Positions 61,801-64,000 of a DNA stretch of 64,000 nt are shown here, in pieces (position 1 is the stretch's first letter; every line of letters starts with the position of its first letter). The DNA comes from Camelus ferus (Eukaryota): positions 7,440,001 through 7,504,000 of the forward strand of contig NC_045702.1 of NCBI RefSeq assembly GCF_009834535.1, read 5' to 3'. The notes under the pieces are model-generated. The model worked only from the letters and a program-made list of their open reading frames with translations, ran no database searches and was not told where the DNA came from. The position numbers and the translations under genes are program-made.

Positions 61801-64000
61801 GAAAATGTGTAACCTTCTGAGCTTTGGGGGTATCATTCATTTATTTAACCTTTAGGAAAGATGAAACAAATTTCAGTAATGCATGGAACGGAGCAGCGCA
61901 GCTGTCTATGTGAATGCTAGTGGTGGGTCAGCGACACAGGTGTGGCTAATTGAGGCTCCCTTGGACTCCCTGCCCTATCCTCCCAGCAGCCCTCTAGTTT
62001 CTGGTACGTTAGGACCAGCCTGCACTTTGCCTCCCCGCCCCTGCCCCCCAGGAAAAAAAAAAACATGTCAAAACATGAAGTTGATATATTTAGAAAGAAT
62101 TTTCCACTACAATGTAAAACATTTTCTATTATCTTTGCCCCAAGATGGGCTAGGTAATCCAAACTTGTTTGGGGGACCAGTGCCCCAAACTGGCAGTCTC
62201 CCAGAGAGAAACAATATGTAGAACCAGCATAAATGGGTTATTTGCAAGGAACCGCTGCTTATCTGGCCTCTACCTTTGTAAGGGCAGGGCGACTTACACC
62301 CCAGTCGGCCCAGGGCTGTTATCTTGGCATGATTATATCGTCAGTAACAGCCCGTTTGCACTCTCAAAGTGTCCCGATTTGAGTGATAAGATGTGTATTT
62401 AGCGGGTTTAGTAAGAAGAGTCAAATCTAGGAGAAAGAAGGTCGGGTGGCACAGTTCTCAGAGGCCAATTAAATGGGAGGTAGATGTTCTGTGAGTAGCA
62501 TCTAGGGTGGCCTGAGAGGAGGGGGGGTCTCCAGGCTTGAGACCAGGCTGTGCCCCTGATTCTGGGTAAAGCTTTGGGCTGGTAAGATTTTAGTTGTCAG
62601 TATCATTAAAATGCTTCCTGATAAACAGAGGCAGGTAGCTTAGTTTTATGGTGAAAAGGGGAACTTGTGACTCTAATTACTGAAGGTTTTCTTGGAGAAT
62701 GGATGGGCTGGAAAAATCAGATGTGGTATTTTCAGATCAGTTTCTTTGTTTTAAACATCTCTTCTGGGGAGATGGTGAAGGTGACAAGCCTTGACAGAGG
62801 CGGAGGAATAAAACGGATGAGCTAGAATGCAGTAGAAATGGGTAGGTACAGGTGGGAATACTCAGACGTTCTTGAAAGCAGCTGTGAGCAATATGCAGTC
62901 AATGTGCTAGTTAAAGGCAACTTGCCTGAATTGAGGAAGGCTTGCTGGAAGTTGGTGGTAGAGAAAGGAACAAGGTAGGTTTGCGTTTCTGGTCTCTGGA
63001 ATGTGAACTTAGGGAACTTTTAAACTTTATGAATTCTGTTCCAGGAGAGGGAGGGTGCATATAGCCTTTAATACCAGGTGCATTTTTATCTTTGGCAACA
63101 ATGCAAAACAATGACTTACTATGCCAAGTGTTGTTTATCTACTTACCCAATAGGATTCTCCCAGGTCTTCATGGAAAGTGGGGCATTTCTTCCTCCCTTT
63201 CCTTCCCTCTGTGCAGGTGAGAGGGAGACTCCGGTACCTGGGTCCTGGAATCCCACTGAGATCTATTATTCTGTGTGCAGTAATTGCTTGTGTTACTACT
63301 CCTGGCGGGTGAGCCCTTTCACAGCCCGGAGGCCAGGAGGCTGCCTCTGTTACTTAAAAGCCGAGTTATCTTGTTAAACTCCTCTCCTGTGAGAGCTTTA
63401 GAATCTCCCGGGAGCTCCCGCAGGCTCTCGGTGGGGCATAGGTCCAGCTCCCGGCTCAGCCCGCCCTGCCCCTGTGTTAGTCATCTCCACTCGGGCGCGA
63501 GAGGAATGCCTCCGGGAGCCAGGCAGTGCGCGGCCGCCAGCCAGAGCGCTCGGCTGCCACTTGAGTCCTAAGCCTTCTCGGATTGGTGCTCTTAGTGAAA
63601 GTACCTCTCTTAACTCTCGTTTCAGAAGAAGAGATGTTTCTTTGATTATCAACCGGAGAAGCTGAAAGCCTATGTAGAGAGAATAATAAACTTAGGACTC
63701 AGATTCTAAGGAACAGGGAAAATGGGTTTTTAAAAGGGGTTGGTGGCACAAGGCTAAACATGTGCCCCGTGAGTCTGAGCTGTCCATAAACTTGCACATG
63801 AAATTTCTATGCTGTATGTATTAAAGACTCTCCTTTATTTTCTTATTCATTGGAAAGAATATTTCCCCTCCCCCCAAAAAGATGAGAGAATCACAGAGCT
63901 GGGTTTTAGTGGTATGAGTAGACTGTTACTGGTATTCTCAATAAAAATGGGGGCACGGTCTCTTCTGGGCAGTACTTGCAGTGAAGATATCACAAGCAAA

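Noticed and set aside
51885-64000. SND1 exon 2, intronic miRNA or snoRNA
   Set aside because: No VLSGCAIIVRGQP-like coding match and no convincing C/D, H/ACA or pre-miRNA hairpin seen; the region appears to be plain intron 1 with MIR, L2 and L1 debris

Overview
Mammalian genomic DNA, not prokaryotic. The gene order GCC1(-), ARF5(+), FSCN3(+), PAX4(-), SND1(+, first coding exon only) matches the block at human 7q32.1. Seven copies of a tRNA-derived SINE resembling camelid Vic-1 suggest an alpaca/llama/camel genome (inference). I rebuilt the exon structures by hand from splice sites and frame. GCC1 is 775 aa (2 coding exons), ARF5 180 aa (6), and FSCN3 498 aa (6, needing a GC-AG intron 2). PAX4 has 9 clean coding exons plus a terminal exon; both candidate acceptors for it give C-termini frameshifted relative to the human/mouse sequences as I recall them. 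The 32-50 kb interval is mostly old L1, L2, MIR, MaLR LTR and hAT MITE debris with four N gaps, and it contains a short decayed retrocopy fragment of RPE. I see no clearly new biological system. The best leads are the altered PAX4 C-terminus, poly(A) signal and recognition helix, the FSCN3 GC donor, the RPE fragment, and GCC1 uORFs. All cross-species comparisons are from memory, not from searches.
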